From Raja brachyura (Eukaryota), in the NCBI GenBank assembly GCA_963514005.1, contig OY740814.1, forward strand, positions 15,314,001 to 15,378,000: a stretch of 64,000 bases of DNA. Reading direction: 5' to 3'. The notes under the pieces are model-generated. The model saw only the letters and a program-made list of their open reading frames with translations. It had not been told where the DNA came from and did no database searches. The translations under genes were made by a program, and so were the position numbers. Within the stretch, counting starts at the first letter, position 1; each line of letters opens with the position of its first letter. Positions 12,870 to 26,500 of this stretch are shown piece by piece.

Positions 12870-14130
12870 TCATCATGACAGAGTAATGCAGCACAGAAAC
12901 AGGCCAACTCATCCGTGCCAATGAAGGTACTTACCTACGCTAGACCCATTTATCTATGCTAGGCCCACATCCTTCTAAACCCATCCAAATGTCTTAAACG
13001 TTGTAATTGTATTTGCCTCTACTACTTCCTATGGCAACGCATTCCATAAACCCAACCTCTGAATGGCAAACCTGCCCCTCAGATCTCCTTTAAATCTTCA
13101 TCTTTATACTTTAATCCTATGCTCTTTAGTCTTAGACTACCTTATCCTAAGAAAATGACTGTGACTATCCAATCTATGCCTCTCATAATATTATAAATGT
13201 CTTTAAGGTCTCCCCTCAGCCTCCTTTGTTCCAGGGATAATACTCCCAACCTGTCTAGTCTCTCATAACCCAAATTCCCCATTCCAGGCAACATCCTGCT
13301 GCATTTATCCTGCACTTCATCTAGCTGAATCACATTCTTTCTAAAGTCTGGTGATCAGAAATGCATAGAAGACTCCAATTGACTTGTACCATTGCATATT
13401 GTCCCAGTGTTGTTCTTAATATCTCTACTTATGAAGGTAAGCACTACCCTGTCTACCTGTGTCACCAGTTTCAGCGACTGTGTCACCAATTTCAGGCAAC
13501 TCAATTTCTCTGGTCAACGATATTCCCCAGACCCCAGCCATTTACTGTGTATGTCCTGCCCTGATTTAACCGACCAAAATTCATCACCGCACTTACTAAG
13601 TTAAACTCCATCTGCCATTCCTTTGCCCATGTACTCAGTTAGTCTAGAACCTGATATAACTATGGACAACATTCTTCACTGTCCATTAAAGTACCAATTT
13701 TGGTGCCGTCCACAAATATACTCATCATGCCACTTAAATTCTCATCCAAATCATTGATGTGTGACAAATAACAGGAACACAACACTAATCCCTGTGGCAC
13801 ATATTTGGTCACCAGCTTCCAATCTGAAAAACAACCATCCGACACCACCCTCTGCTTCTTACCATCTAATTAATTTTGTTTCCATTTGGCTAGTTCTCCC
13901 TTTATGAGTAAACTTACCTTCAGACCAGCATACCATGCAGGACCTTGTCAAAGGCCTTGCTGAGGTCCATGTGGACAACATCTATCGCCCTACATCATCA
14001 ATCCTCCTGATCGCATAAAGAGACACGTTTTCTCACGCACAAAGCTATGCTGACTATCCCTAATCGGTCCTTGCCTTTCCAAAAGCAAATATATCCCATC
14101 TCTCGGAATTATTGCCAACAATTTTCCCAC
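12870..14130 (-). mobile_element. Degenerate CR1-like LINE 3' portion
   Basis: Minus ORFs RMLPGMGNLGYERLDRLGVLSLEQRRLRGDL and VPQGLVL...INDLDEN...FVDGTKI. Confidence 0.85.
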
Positions 14131-14889
14131 CACTGATGTCTTGCCCTAAACTCATCTGCCTACCTGTCAGGCTTCATGCAATAAGATAAATGCAATTTAG
14201 TTACTCCAACCTTTCTGTCTCCTGCCAACTTGACTTGATCATTTTTATAGCTATATTTGCTTCAATTATCCCATCGGCTACGTTACTGCTTTGGGTCTCA
14301 CTCCCTACCAAACTAATTTAAACCCACCTAAGGTCATTAGTTTTTCTTGATCTTTTGCTTTAATATCTTTATTGATACCAAACTCAAATGTTAATTAAAA
14401 AAACATCACTTTTATTTTCAAACCATTCAAGCAAATTCCATGGACAATCGTCCTTAGAATCATAAACAAAGTTTACCAGATGTGACCAAAGACAGAGAGG
14501 AGGTTTAGAATCATTTCACGTTTACTCAAGTTACAGTGTCCATGAGTATCAGTGACTGCTCTATCTGTCACCTGATACTTAAGGTATCAAAATCCATTTC
14601 CAATCTGTAGATCTCATTGAAGGAGATGACTGCCAAGCCTTGCTGCTATGCTCCTAGCCTTAATACGAATAGGAATACAAATTGGAAGTAGTTGATATTG
14701 CATCCTGTTTTAACTCTTCCATCGCAATTTTCATATGCGCTGAATATGAATTATTTCTTGCTGCAGCTTTACAGGCTCAATAGATGCAACAACGACAACA
14801 AAATATACAGTAAATTAAAAGTCATTTTAAGCAAACTAGACCATGATAATGCAAAAAAACAAAGTATTGCAAAATCTGTGGCAGTGTGC

Positions 14890-15330
14890 TGTTGATGCCG
14901 GGTTGTGCACAGTTGTTCAAGAACCTCATGGTTAATGGGAGGAAGCTGAGGTAATGTTTCTCATGCTTCTGTACCTTCTTCCCAATGGTAGCGGTGAGAA
15001 GAGAATGTGGCAAGATATTAACTGGCTTCTTGAGGCAACACTTCCTGTAGATCCCTTCAATGGTGTTGACTGCTGAGTCATAGAGTGATACAGTGTGGAA
15101 ACAGGCCCTTTGGAACGAACTTACCCACACTAGTCGATATGTCCCAGCTACACTAGTCCCACCTGCCTGCGTTTGGTCCATATACCTCCAAACCTGTCCT
15201 ATCCATGTACCTGTCTAACTGTTTCTTAAATGTTGGGATAGTCCCTCCCTCAACTACCTCCACTGTAAACCTATGTCCTATGGGCACCTGGAAGGTCAAT
15301 GCCTGTGATGTCCACTAGTGTATCACAGAT
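14890..15330 (-). mobile_element. Rex1/L2-like LINE remnant with a nested CR1 tail (about 15078-15265)
   Basis: CR1 tail GGAAACAGGCCCTT...CTATCCATGTACCTGTC inside older LINE-like sequence resembling 44510-45150. Confidence 0.55.
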
Positions 15331-16004
15331 AGCTGCACAGGGAAAACAGCTCCAGCGATGCTCCCTTCATTACCAAAGCTGCCCGTGTTGAGGCTGTGGG
15401 AAGGTGATTTGTTCATATAACCATTTACCTTATATAGCCACACTGTTTTGGACCCTTTCCCACATTGCCATAATTAGCAGCTTCGCAAAAATACCTAAGA
15501 AATTCCCACCATCAAAAATCTTTTGATACCAGTGCATTATAAAAAAAGTGACTAAAGGAGAAGGTTTAAATGCAAATGGTTACTTTCTTCAGCTGCATTT
15601 AGAGAATCATCTGCCTAAACTCTGCAGCCTGCTTTGTGATTGTTGGCTCATTGAACATTATCTTGCCTCAACGGCCATGTATATCACTGAAGCCACATCG
15701 GGTTCAAGTGAGGAAAACTGGTGTTTAATGCAGTCTCCGTGTATGCCTGCATATCATTAGAATTCCTGGGCTAATAAGATGACAAACTGAAATATTGTAT
15801 AAAGCCGACAGACAATTCTGCTTTGCACATGAGCTTTACAGATAACAGACAGTCGGCAATGAATAATTTTAAGATAAATGACATAGCAAATAGCAAACTT
15901 ATCACTGGTAATGACCTGAGTGCCCTCATCTCTTAAAGTTCCTTCTGTTTATGACTATGAAGTATTTGCAATAGGTAAAATACTTTGACAACTCAGCTGC
16001 ATGT

Positions 16005-16122
16005 CTGAAGAAGGGCCCCGACCCAAAATGTCACACATTCTTTCTCTTCAGGGATGCTGCCTGAGTTAGCCCAGCACTTTGTGTCTATCTTCAATATATA
16101 CCAGCACCTCCAGTTACTTTCT
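16005..16122 (+). mobile_element. Penelope-terminus-derived mini-element with degenerate hammerhead core
   Basis: Starts CTGAAGAAGGGCCCCGACCCAAAATGTC; flanked by ACTCA(G/A)CTGCATGT direct repeats (15991-16004, 16123-16136). Confidence 0.8.
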
Positions 16123-16337
16123 ACTCAACTGCATGTATCACTTTTAAAAGTATTTACAAATGATTACACTTTTCTAATAAAATAAGCAGAATGTAAAGAC
16201 CACCTCAATTTTTAATCCCTAAAGCCCTTATCCCTAAAGCCATTATCTATATTGAAGCTTGGTTCTCAAGAGTCCTCCTCTAACTGTCACTGCCTCCAGT
16301 GATATAAACTCCGAAAAAACAACAAACTGCTTGAGGA

Positions 16338-17030
16338 CAGACACAAAATGCTAGTGTAACTAGCGGGACAGGCGGCATCTCTGGAAAGAAGAAATGGGTA
16401 ACGTTTTGGTTCGAAACCCTTCTTCAGACTGATGTTATGGGATTGGGCGGGACAGAGATGGAATGTAGTCGGAGACAGTAAGACTGGTGGGAGAACTGGG
16501 AAGGGGAGGGGATGGAGGGAGAGGGAAAGCAAGGGCTATTTGGAGAAGTCAATGTTCACACCGCTGGGGTGCAAACAACCCAAGTGAAATATGAGGTGCT
16601 GTACCTCCGATTTGCACTGAGTCTCACTCGGACAATGGAGGAGGCCCAGGACAGAAAGGTCAGATTGAGAATGGGTGAGGGATTTAAAGTGCTGAGCAAC
16701 CAGGAGATCAGGTAGGTTAAAGCGGACGGAGCAGAGGTGTTCAGCGATCTTCAGAGGGCAGAGAGCCGGAAGTGATGAAATCAGAAATGGTGTGTGATAT
16801 TAAGGTCTGGTGCTCGTCTGTGGGGTCATGGTGCAAGGATGAGTACGAGGAGGTGTCTGAGAGTTGTCACCTGGACTCAGCGCGCCAGACTATCACGGCA
16901 ACTCCCTTGTCGGTGGGTTTGATTATCACATCGGGGTTGCTGCAGAGTGAGCAGAGGGCTGTACATTCTGGGGGGGAGAGGTTAGAGTAGGTAAGGGGAG
17001 TGGAAAAGTTGACGCGGTGATGTCCTGCCG
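16338..17030 (-). mobile_element. Internally deleted Penelope-like retroelement
   Basis: Minus strand reads SNLSPPECTALCSLCSNPDVIIKPTDKGVAVIV (PLE IKPADKG motif) followed within about 150 bp by the GIY-YIG C-terminus (LLVAQHF...) and the terminal repeat; the 3' part is homologous to 48590-48975. Confidence 0.8.
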
Positions 17031-18494
17031 GCAGTTGGAAATGAAAAGGTCTAAAGATCTGCTTGAGGAACTCGGTGGGTCAGGCAGCATCTGTGGAGGC
17101 AACGCAACAGTCAACATTTCCAGTCAAGAAACTGCATCAGGATTCTTCCTGAGCAGCCAAGTTCCTTAAACAGTTTGTATTTATTCTAGTACAGATTCAG
17201 CGGTCTCTTGTGTCTCCAATATCAATTCTAAACCCTGCACTCTGCTGCCATCAACTATTAGAGTGACCCTTTTGGCATTTAAGGCTCCAGCATATCACTC
17301 AAACTTCTCACGTGCTCCTTTACCTTGCTGTGTCTTTCTGGAGTTATTCTTCTCCTGCCGTTATACCCCAGTCCTCACTCATCACTCCTCCAATTCCAGA
17401 TCATTGCTCTATCTCATCATCAGAAGCCAAGCATTCACACACTGAAGCTCCGAGCAGCTGTGATCTAAGGTATTGACAGAACAGCCTTGAGGGCTGAATA
17501 ATATGTTCCTGAATATCCGAATAAGTGAAAAAATATGTACTATACAAGCAATAACAAGCTACTGTTTTCTTTATGTAGAAAAATGTAGCAGCCTATTATA
17601 AATTATCAAAAATATAAGAAGTTGAAATTGAGAACATTTGGGGATAAATCCTCTGAGAGAGAGAGAGCAATATAGGACAATGTTTGTTAAAGAGAATGGC
17701 AAGAAGCAAAATAATGTGGTAAATTGGAAGTAGTTGCATTCAGCTGCTGTCCAGAAGTCTGATGCATACACTCTCAAACACCCCGGCCATACTCTCATTC
17801 GCTGCTACTGTTGGGAAAAAGATGCAGGAGATCAGAGAACAGTGACTCCCAAATTCAAGAACAGCTTATTCCCATCAACCATCAGGCTCTTGAATCATAC
17901 TGCAGGTCCCTGACCAGAAACCCTACCCCAACAACAACATTCTCTGGATTTTGTACGTACTTCTGTTTTGCACAATTTTGGTCTAGTTACCCAGTACCTC
18001 TGATTATATTGCAATATTCATTTGTTGTGTTATTCCATTCATCAGTCTATAAAGCTGCAGCAGTGGAGAAGAATTTAGATGTTCTGTTCCCAGTACATAT
18101 GACTTGACTCTCTTGACGTGCACACTGGCAAATGACTGACACACTCAGAAGGCTGAACTGAACTTGCTTTGCCTCCACAGTTCACCTTGTCGCTGGACTC
18201 CCCAGACAATCTTGCTGGGATTCTTGCAGGAAATGCAACAGATCTTGTGCCAGGGTTGATGTGGCAAAGAATCGTAGATCCCACGACTGTAACTTCAAAG
18301 AGGATTATGAGGGACAGAATTATGAGTTACTTTAAAAAAGACACTTTAAGTTACTTCACTTTTTGTTTTTTTTAATATATGTTTCCAATATCAATGCTTT
18401 TAGATATTTTTTCTGTTTTCATTGTTTTAAAACATCCGAGAGAACCAAACCACACACAGCATTTACAACCAGCAAAGCTTGGTATGTAGTATGT

Positions 18495-18585
18495 CTGAAG
18501 AAGGGTCTCAACCCAAAACGTCGCCTATCTCCTTCACCCCTTAGATGCTGCTGCACCCGCTGAGTTTCTCCAGCTTTTTGTGTAA
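18495..18585 (+). mobile_element. Penelope terminal fragment with degenerate hammerhead core
   Basis: CTGAAGAAGGGTCTCAACCCAAAACGTC...GCTGAGTTTCTCCAGC. Confidence 0.75.
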
Positions 18586-20269
18586 CCCCCAAAAGGATTT
18601 CAGGATTGTGATAGACAGAGGATCTCCTCATACTGTGGCCCAGGTCTTGTTGTCGCTTAAACTACAGACCTGGAGGTCAGGGTGAAGTTTGTAACAACTA
18701 CAAGCAACAAAAGCTTTTCACTGTGCTTTGGTACACGTGACGATAAACTAAACTCAACTGAACTGTAACATGAGCAGGTTTGGATGGATGAATGTGTTTT
18801 TACGGAACTTGAAACATTATTAACACTCGAGTAAGAGAGCCTTGTGTTTTTAAATTGAGATCTTGCGTAATGCAAATACCAAGAGTGGTGGGTTGCTGAT
18901 TGTCATACTAATATTATTGAAAACAGCCTTGAGCATGTGTTTTAAATACCAAAGGAGAGTATTTATTGGGAAAAAAAGACTAGAGTAATACAAATGGCCA
19001 ATAGGTCATTCAATTTAATTTTGCTTAAATATTTTTTACAGCGGCACAGAATTTAATGCTAGTAAGATGAACATAATAAAGGTTTTTCATTCTGTGTTAT
19101 TATAGTTGCTTTCAAGTGGCAGACACGAAACATGAAATGATTCATCGGGTAATTGTAATTATTCTGCTAAACATGATATTCTAAAGCAAACAAAAATTAA
19201 TATGCTGGAAATCTGAAAAAGAAAATACTGAAAATATTCAGCAGATCAAGCAGCATTTGTGAAGAGAAACACAGTATTAACATTTCTGGTCAATGAGGTT
19301 TCATCAGAACTAGTTTGTGGAGAGGAAAACTGATCTTGCATGAGGCCCATTCAACATGTAACATGAAACATTTTTTCTCTCTCTGCGGATGTACCTGACC
19401 TGCTGAGTAGTTTCAGTATTATTTTTTATTTAAGATTTTTAGAAAAGGCAATGCTCTGCATTTCACAATTCCAGCACCATCTTTTGCATTTTCTCATCTC
19501 TCCTGTCCTCACTCATCTCCCTCCATTTATACCTCCTCCACGCAGCCCCTTTTAACTCCCTTGTACATCACCTGGGCAATCTTGGCTCCAACCAGTCACA
19601 GACATTCCCTCTGTTTTGTCCAGACCTCCCTTCCCCTGCACTTTAAAACCCACTTGTTTGCTCAAGGTTTAAAAGTGCATCAAACTGAAATATTAACTGG
19701 ATTTATCTCTCCCGACCTGTTGATGCCTGGTGATGTATGGCAGACCATTAAGTGTGAAAAGTTCTATGATTTTTGCGAAGTTTACCCACATTGTATGAAT
19801 AAATATTTTCTTTAATTGACAAAATAGGTTTTATTCGCAGTGATATAATGAGTGAACACGTTAAAATAGTGTGGATCAGTTGGACTGAATGGGATGTGAA
19901 ACTAACCTTTTTTAAAGGTTACATTTCTTGCTCAGTTATTTAATTTAATCTTAGATCATGAGGATTTTAGCCCAGCTGTTTTGGTGCTTTGTATCGTGAT
20001 TATTGTCAAGTTTTTTATATCACTGCCCTGTGTGCTCTTCCGGTAAATGGCGTGTTTGTAGGTGACCTATTTTGTCAAGAAGTAAAATTATTAAAGAGCA
20101 ATGCATCCTTCATCCACACGATGGCACCAACCTCAATCATTCCCGCTTACTAATTGAAAACATACAGTTTGCAACTTTCTCTGTTCCAGCACAGACCAGG
20201 GGTTGTAAAATTCAACATTTACCGCATTAAGAAAACGCGCTTCATAGTCCCCTCCCACCTTTTCGCCGA

Positions 20270-20457
20270 ACAGCCACCAATTAGAAGTAGGATATTCCGT
20301 CATTGGTTCACAGATCTGCGATGACTTCTCTCCCCAAGTTAACAGCTGCTTGTTGTTCTGGCAACTGCTTTACAGTAAGAGGAAGTAGAAGCAGTGAAAT
20401 TCAGCAGAGGAAGGGGGACAGTGCTAGACTTCTCCTCAGTCAAGGCGCCTCCTGAAA
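20270..20457 (+). promoter_or_regulatory. Putative CTSH proximal promoter and 5'UTR
   Basis: CCAAT (20277-20281), ATTGG (20302-20306), RFX-like GTTGTTCTGGCAAC (20352-20365), ETS/PU.1-like AAGAGGAAGT (20377-20386) upstream of ATG 20458. Confidence 0.45.
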
Positions 20458-20530
20458 ATGTCGGGAATAGTTATCCCGTTACTCCTGTTTTTTCATTCCG
20501 TCTGCAGCTTGCCCGAGTTTTCTTTCAAAG
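20458..20530 (+). CDS. CTSH: CTSH exon 1 (signal peptide [24 protein letters not shown])
   Basis: aaaATG context, hydrophobic stretch, G|gtaagg donor, phase 1 fits exon 2. Confidence 0.8.
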
Positions 20531-23500
20531 GTAAGGAATTTTCTTCAGAAGCTCCGAAACGGGAATCATTATTTCTGATTATTCCGGAACCTCTGGCATG
20601 AATTTTCCAATAAATGCGACGGGAGTTTTTGTGCAAAGAGAGCTTTTGATTTAAAAAAAACTTGTTTAACACGGCAAATTATTATCTAGAAATCACAGCC
20701 CGGGGGTTTGGTGGATTTCAGCAGGTTTTCAAGAAAAAGGAAGTAGATATGCTTACAATATCTTTAGGGCTGCGGTTATAGAGCAAAGGAGTAATTGGAA
20801 ACCTTTCAAAAATCGCTGACACAATGGGCCAAACTATCTTCCGTTCCACATTATCTTATGATTTTTAACTCAAATTGCTGTGTGTGGTCAGACCATTCGG
20901 CATTAACCAGTCTCATAGCTCACGTTTAATTTTTAGTCGATCGCAAGTTCGAACGATACCAACTTGTTTCAAGATATGTTGGAAACCCCCTTGTATGTTT
21001 CCTCTGGGTGCTATGGCTGCTCTCCCATCGTTTCCTCTGCTATTGTTCCTGGTGGCTACAGAAAAATAAAGACATGTTTTTCCATTGCATCATTCAAATC
21101 CCTTTCAGAACAACCCAACGCGCTTTAACACTAATTGAGGATTTTTTTAAAAAAAGTTGTCATTACCGTTAGGGAAATAAAATCAGGGCCTGGGACTGTT
21201 TGGTTTCAAGTGCGGAACATTTTTCACGCTGTCCTTCTTCAGAAGCCAGGGCACAAAAACCCAGGCTGATGCTGCTAGTAATTGCACGATTGGCGGGTTA
21301 ATACGTTAAACAGAAATGTCCTCCTGTAGACCACGGGCAGCATCCTGTCGATATTTTTCCACAGAACCCTTTGAGAACTGTCTGGCCTTTGTTGTGTGTA
21401 ATATTGGTGGGGTTACCTTGTACTAGGTTGTGCTGCTGGCGAACTTAATATTCACAGGACACAGGAACTTAAGAGCGACGAGAGTAGACAAAAATGCTGG
21501 AGAAACTCAGCGGGTGAGGCAGCATATATGGTGCGAAGGAAATAGTCAACGTTTCGGCTCCATAGATGCTGCCTCACCCGCTGAGTTACTCCAGCATTTT
21601 TGTCGACCTTAGATTTTCCAGCATCTGCAGTTGCTTCTTAAACGTAAGAGCAATGTTAGGTGCTTTAAACCCACTACAAGAGACACCAACACATGGCAAG
21701 ATGTCGCTGGAATTTTGTGGACAATGTATTTGAGATTCTCTACGGGTTGAGCATTGATGAAAATAAAGTAATGGAACAGCTAGCTAACTGAAGTGGATGG
21801 AGCACCTCCTTCGGATGGAATGCATCCTACGTTTCTGAGGGGAATATGGCCAAAGCCCTCCATACAATTAACCTCCTTAGTCTTCCAAATGGATGGATGG
21901 ATGGATGGAATGAGAGGTCTGAAAAATGTAAATGTTGTAATCTTTAATGAATAGACAGTGTATGAAGAAAGCCAAACAGCAGACCAAGTAGTTTAAGACC
22001 AGTAATGGAGAAAATTAAAGGTCCTTCAATCAAATGGGTCCATGCCCATCATTGAACAAACATTTATACTCCTATTTGTTCTCCCCCCCCCCCCCCCCAA
22101 ATGCAGGTTATATCACTCATTTACAGTGGCCAATAAACCTATCAAATCAATTTGCACATCTTTAGGATGTGGCAGGAAACGGAACCACAAGGGGAGTCAT
22201 GCACACTACACACACAACACCAAAGGCTAAGTTTGGGCCCTGATTTACCGCAGCTGCTCTACTGCACCGTAGAAAAAAAGCATGCTGGCAGTATTAAAGA
22301 TAAATCACACCCACGTAACAAAATGTTCTGAGAAGTTAAGCAGTAACGTGATTGATGTATATATGGACTTCCACAAGGTATCTGATCATGTGCCATGTAA
22401 TATACTTGTCACCAAGAATGAAGGCTGTGGAATAAAAGCATGAACAACATCTAAATGAATTTGCAAGGCTGTAGGAAGGATATGGGGACTGGGGCTGGCT
22501 GGATTGTTCTTGCATAATCAGGGCAGCACAGCAGCGCTGCTGGTAGAGCTCTTACCACACAGCACTAGAGACCTGGGTTTGATTCTTGCCTTGTGTGTGT
22601 GGAGTTTCCACATTCTCCCTGTGACCATGTCGGTTTCCTCCCATATCCCCAAGATGTGCGGGTTTGTAGATTCATTGGCGTCTGTAAATTGCCCTTCATA
22701 TAGTGGATTAGAAAGAGGGATAGCATAAAGCTAGTGTGAATGAGTGATAAATGGTCAACATGTATTTGGTGGACTGAAGAGCCTATTTCCATGCTGTATC
22801 TATAAACTGAACTAAACCGACAGCACAGGACCATGTGGCTTCTTTCCATGTTGGTACAATTCTGCGATGACATCATTTATATTTTATGCATAAATGCACC
22901 ACACTCCAAACGTTAAAGCACATAATCTGGGCATTTGGAAGTTTGTACGTTTTGTTAAACCTCCATTTGATTATTAAAGGCTCCAAATGAATCACCCATT
23001 CACTGACAGTCACTGCTAACTTGTAACAGCTAACGCACTATGAGAGAGATAGGAGTTGGCTTTTAACTTGAATGGAATGTGATCAGAGAGTGTTGTGAAG
23101 GATTCCTGATCCAAAAGCCTTCACTTATATCCAGCACCATACATCCGTCATGGCTTCTTTAGGCAGTGCAATTAATAATGTTATAGATTGGTTGGCAAGG
23201 ACGAGTTGCACTGAAGGGTTTTGTCTCCAGGCTGTACTAACTCTCTTTGATTTTTATTCATTAATTCAAGGTTCAAATGACAACAAATAAATTGTATCAA
23301 GGTGCTAAATGCAGGCAAATAAGACTAACTCAAGGGCGGCACAGCAGTGGAGTTGCTGCCTTAAAGTGCCAGAGACCTGGGTTTTGATCATGACTACAGG
23401 TGCTGTCTATGTGGAGTTTGCACATTCTCCCTATGGCCGCATGCGTTTCCTCGGGGTGCCCTGAGACGTGCAGGTTTGTAGGTTAATTGGCCTCTGTAAA

Positions 23501-26500
23501 TGTCCGTAGTGTGTAGGATAGAACTAGTGTACTGGGTGATTGCTGGTCAGGGTGGACTTGGTGGGGCGAAGGACTTGTTTCCACACTGTATCTCTAAGCT
23601 AAACAAAAGGATGGGCAACTTTGTTCGTATGGCCAAGTGCACAACTCTTTGGCTACAATCTCGGTCCTGACAAGTGGGACAGCATTGATTTGGATGAACG
23701 AATTCCAATTGGGGAGAATTGATAGAAATAGGATTTTTTGATACAAACAGTACTGGTAACATGGAGACCTTGGGAATGGAAGGAGGGCAATAATTTAAAT
23801 GCCATAACTGGAGTTAATTTTCTTTATTTTGTTTTACAGAAATAAGCAATTTCAAAGAATGGATGATAATGGTAATTATTTCTGTGCTGCGTTGATCCTT
23901 TCTGCCATTCCGTCAGAACCAATCGTACTCGTATTGCTGCCGTGTTTTATAGCTTGGTCCCTCTACCCAAGATGGATTCCAAGGCAGAGTTTTGACTGAG
24001 TCGCCCATGTACCAATTACTTGCGTTAAGCAAGATCCCTCTTGTATTTTAAAGAAAGCCTATGTGGGAATATGACATTTAAAAATAACATTTCGCAGAAT
24101 AGGAACAAGTTTTGCTAAGGCCTTGTAGAATTCTTGCTCTTGATTTGTCAGCTACTGGATAGAATTAAGGGGACTTTCCGTCAGACAAAATTAGTTCCTT
24201 CATTGTGGGAAGACTGGAATTAGACAAAGCTACTAAAGGAATTCAGTAGTTCATGTTGTCTTCACAGTTAATCCTTTACACTTGAATGATTTTTTTTTTT
24301 TTTAATTCAAGCCTGTCTTCCTGCTCTGATGCTAAGGTGGATGTTAAATATCCCCCAGCCTCTTTTGGAAGATCAGTATAAAACCAGATCTTAAACTGCA
24401 GAGGAAAGTAGGTAGGAGTAAAGAACAAATGTGAAGGTCCATTATAGAAAGGTCCAAGGTAGAAAAACAAGTAATGATAATGGTGCTGTGGGGTCAAACT
24501 GCATTGGCAATAGGAAAATAAATAAAAGACGGTTGTAGAGCAAATGTAAATACAAACAGAACCCATACCTAGCCAAAACCGTTAAACTTGCTGTTTGGTT
24601 CAAAAGGATGTAAAATGACTAGTGAGTTAAAGAGAGCTTTATGGTAGCAGAATGGGAGGCTGTGGAAAGGGAGGTCAAGGTGGAAATGGGACAGAAAATT
24701 AATGTTATCAGAAACTCAGGGTCACAATTGGGCAACAAAGGAGAGCATTCCATAAATTTGTCAGTCTATGTGTTACTGACCATTAAATATATAATCGCAG
24801 GTCAGCAAAGCAATTCATGTTGAACTGCACAACACGTGAGCCTTGTTGGCTTGTAAGATTTATTATGGCTAGATTAGCTGTTATTGCCCATCAATCTCTA
24901 ACCTTGTACAAAGTATCAGGCTGAGCCACATCAGAGAACTGTTAAGAATTAATCACATTGCTGGGATTTAGCCGAGACCTCTGGATTACTAGTCTAGTAA
25001 TAAATACATTTTTTTTTAAAATGCTAACATAATACAGATTTATTTAAGGGAGAATAGAATTTAAATGTAATAAAGTTCTATAAAACTTGGGAAGGACACA
25101 CATTAGACCCCCATGGAGACATGGCACGGAGTCACAGCAGTCTTGTATCTCCAGAGACCCAGCTTCAGACCAGACCTCAGATGCAGTCTATGTCTGCCCA
25201 GTTCTCCAATTTCCTACCAATCTCCAAAGATGTGCAGACACAAAAAGCTGGAGTAACTCAGCGGGCCAGGCAGCATCACTGGAGAGGATGTGTGATGTTT
25301 TGGGTCGAGACCCTTCTTCAGACGTGAGATTCCAAAGATGTGCAGGTGGATTAACTGGCCCCTGTAAAGTAATCTCTTGGAGTAGGTGGCAAAAAGAATC
25401 AAAGAGGCCTAATTAGATGTGGGAGAAAATGAGTGCAGAGTTGTGGGGAGATAAATAGCTGGTGAATGGGGACTAATGGGATTGCTATGCTGAGTGCACC
25501 ATGGACCCAATAAGCTGACTGACCTCCTTTTGCTTCAGAGTAAGTTTAGTTCCACCACTGTTGTGTAACATAGAATGGAAGCTGTGGAGAAAGTGCGTGA
25601 ACGTGCACAAAGCAGACTGAGAAAATAATTGTTGTAACAAAAACAGTGAGTAGATCGGGCTTTGTTTCCTTTAGAAAAGGCTTAAAAGTGACATGGTAGA
25701 AATCTAAAATTATGAATGATAAGTCAAGGTTGTTAAAGAGCGAATGCTTCTATTTGTTGGTGAACCCAAAAACATAGCCTGATAAATGCAAGATCGTCAC
25801 TAATAAATTCAATGGGAACTTCAGAATACATTTCTCTTGGAGTGTAATTAGAAGTTGGAACTCTCTGCCTCTGGGAATAATTAACTTGAATACTTTGGAT
25901 GCTTTCTGAAGGAAATTAGATGAGCATTTGAGAGAAGAGGAATGTTGAGAGAGTTTGATGTGAGTTTAGATAGAAGATTCCTTAGGTTTATAAAACCAGC
26001 ATAAATTAATTGGGCCAATTGGCTTATCATTGTGCTGTATATTCTATGTGTATCTATATTATAAATGAACACATTCAACTCTCTATTGAAAGTGATTCCA
26101 TTTACAAAGGGATACAAATCAATAACTGAGAACATTGATTTGAGATAATTGGCAAGAGATCAGAGGATGGATTAGAAGATGGTATTTAATTCAGCAATTT
26201 GTTGAAATCTGGGTGGTATCATGTGAAAGAGTATTAAAATCATTCAATAGCACACAAAGGAAATTGAACAAATACTTGAAAAGGAATTGCAGGTCCATGT
26301 AAAAATAGAATACAGCAGATGGTTGGGGAGGGGCAGGGAGAGAGGACTTTGAAAAGCTAAAGTCTTTGGTATGTTGTTTGGCAAAAAGATCTTTTGGGAT
26401 GCAAGAATATATGGTCTACAAATTTTGTGACCTTTCTCATGTATTTTGCAATTTTGTTTGTTTCAGACATTTAGGTAAATGAATAGGAAAGAGTAGAGGG

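Noticed and set aside
13458-13500. Short tandem duplication TGTCACCA(G/A)TTTCAG
   Set aside because: Local slippage inside a dead CR1 copy; no sign of function.
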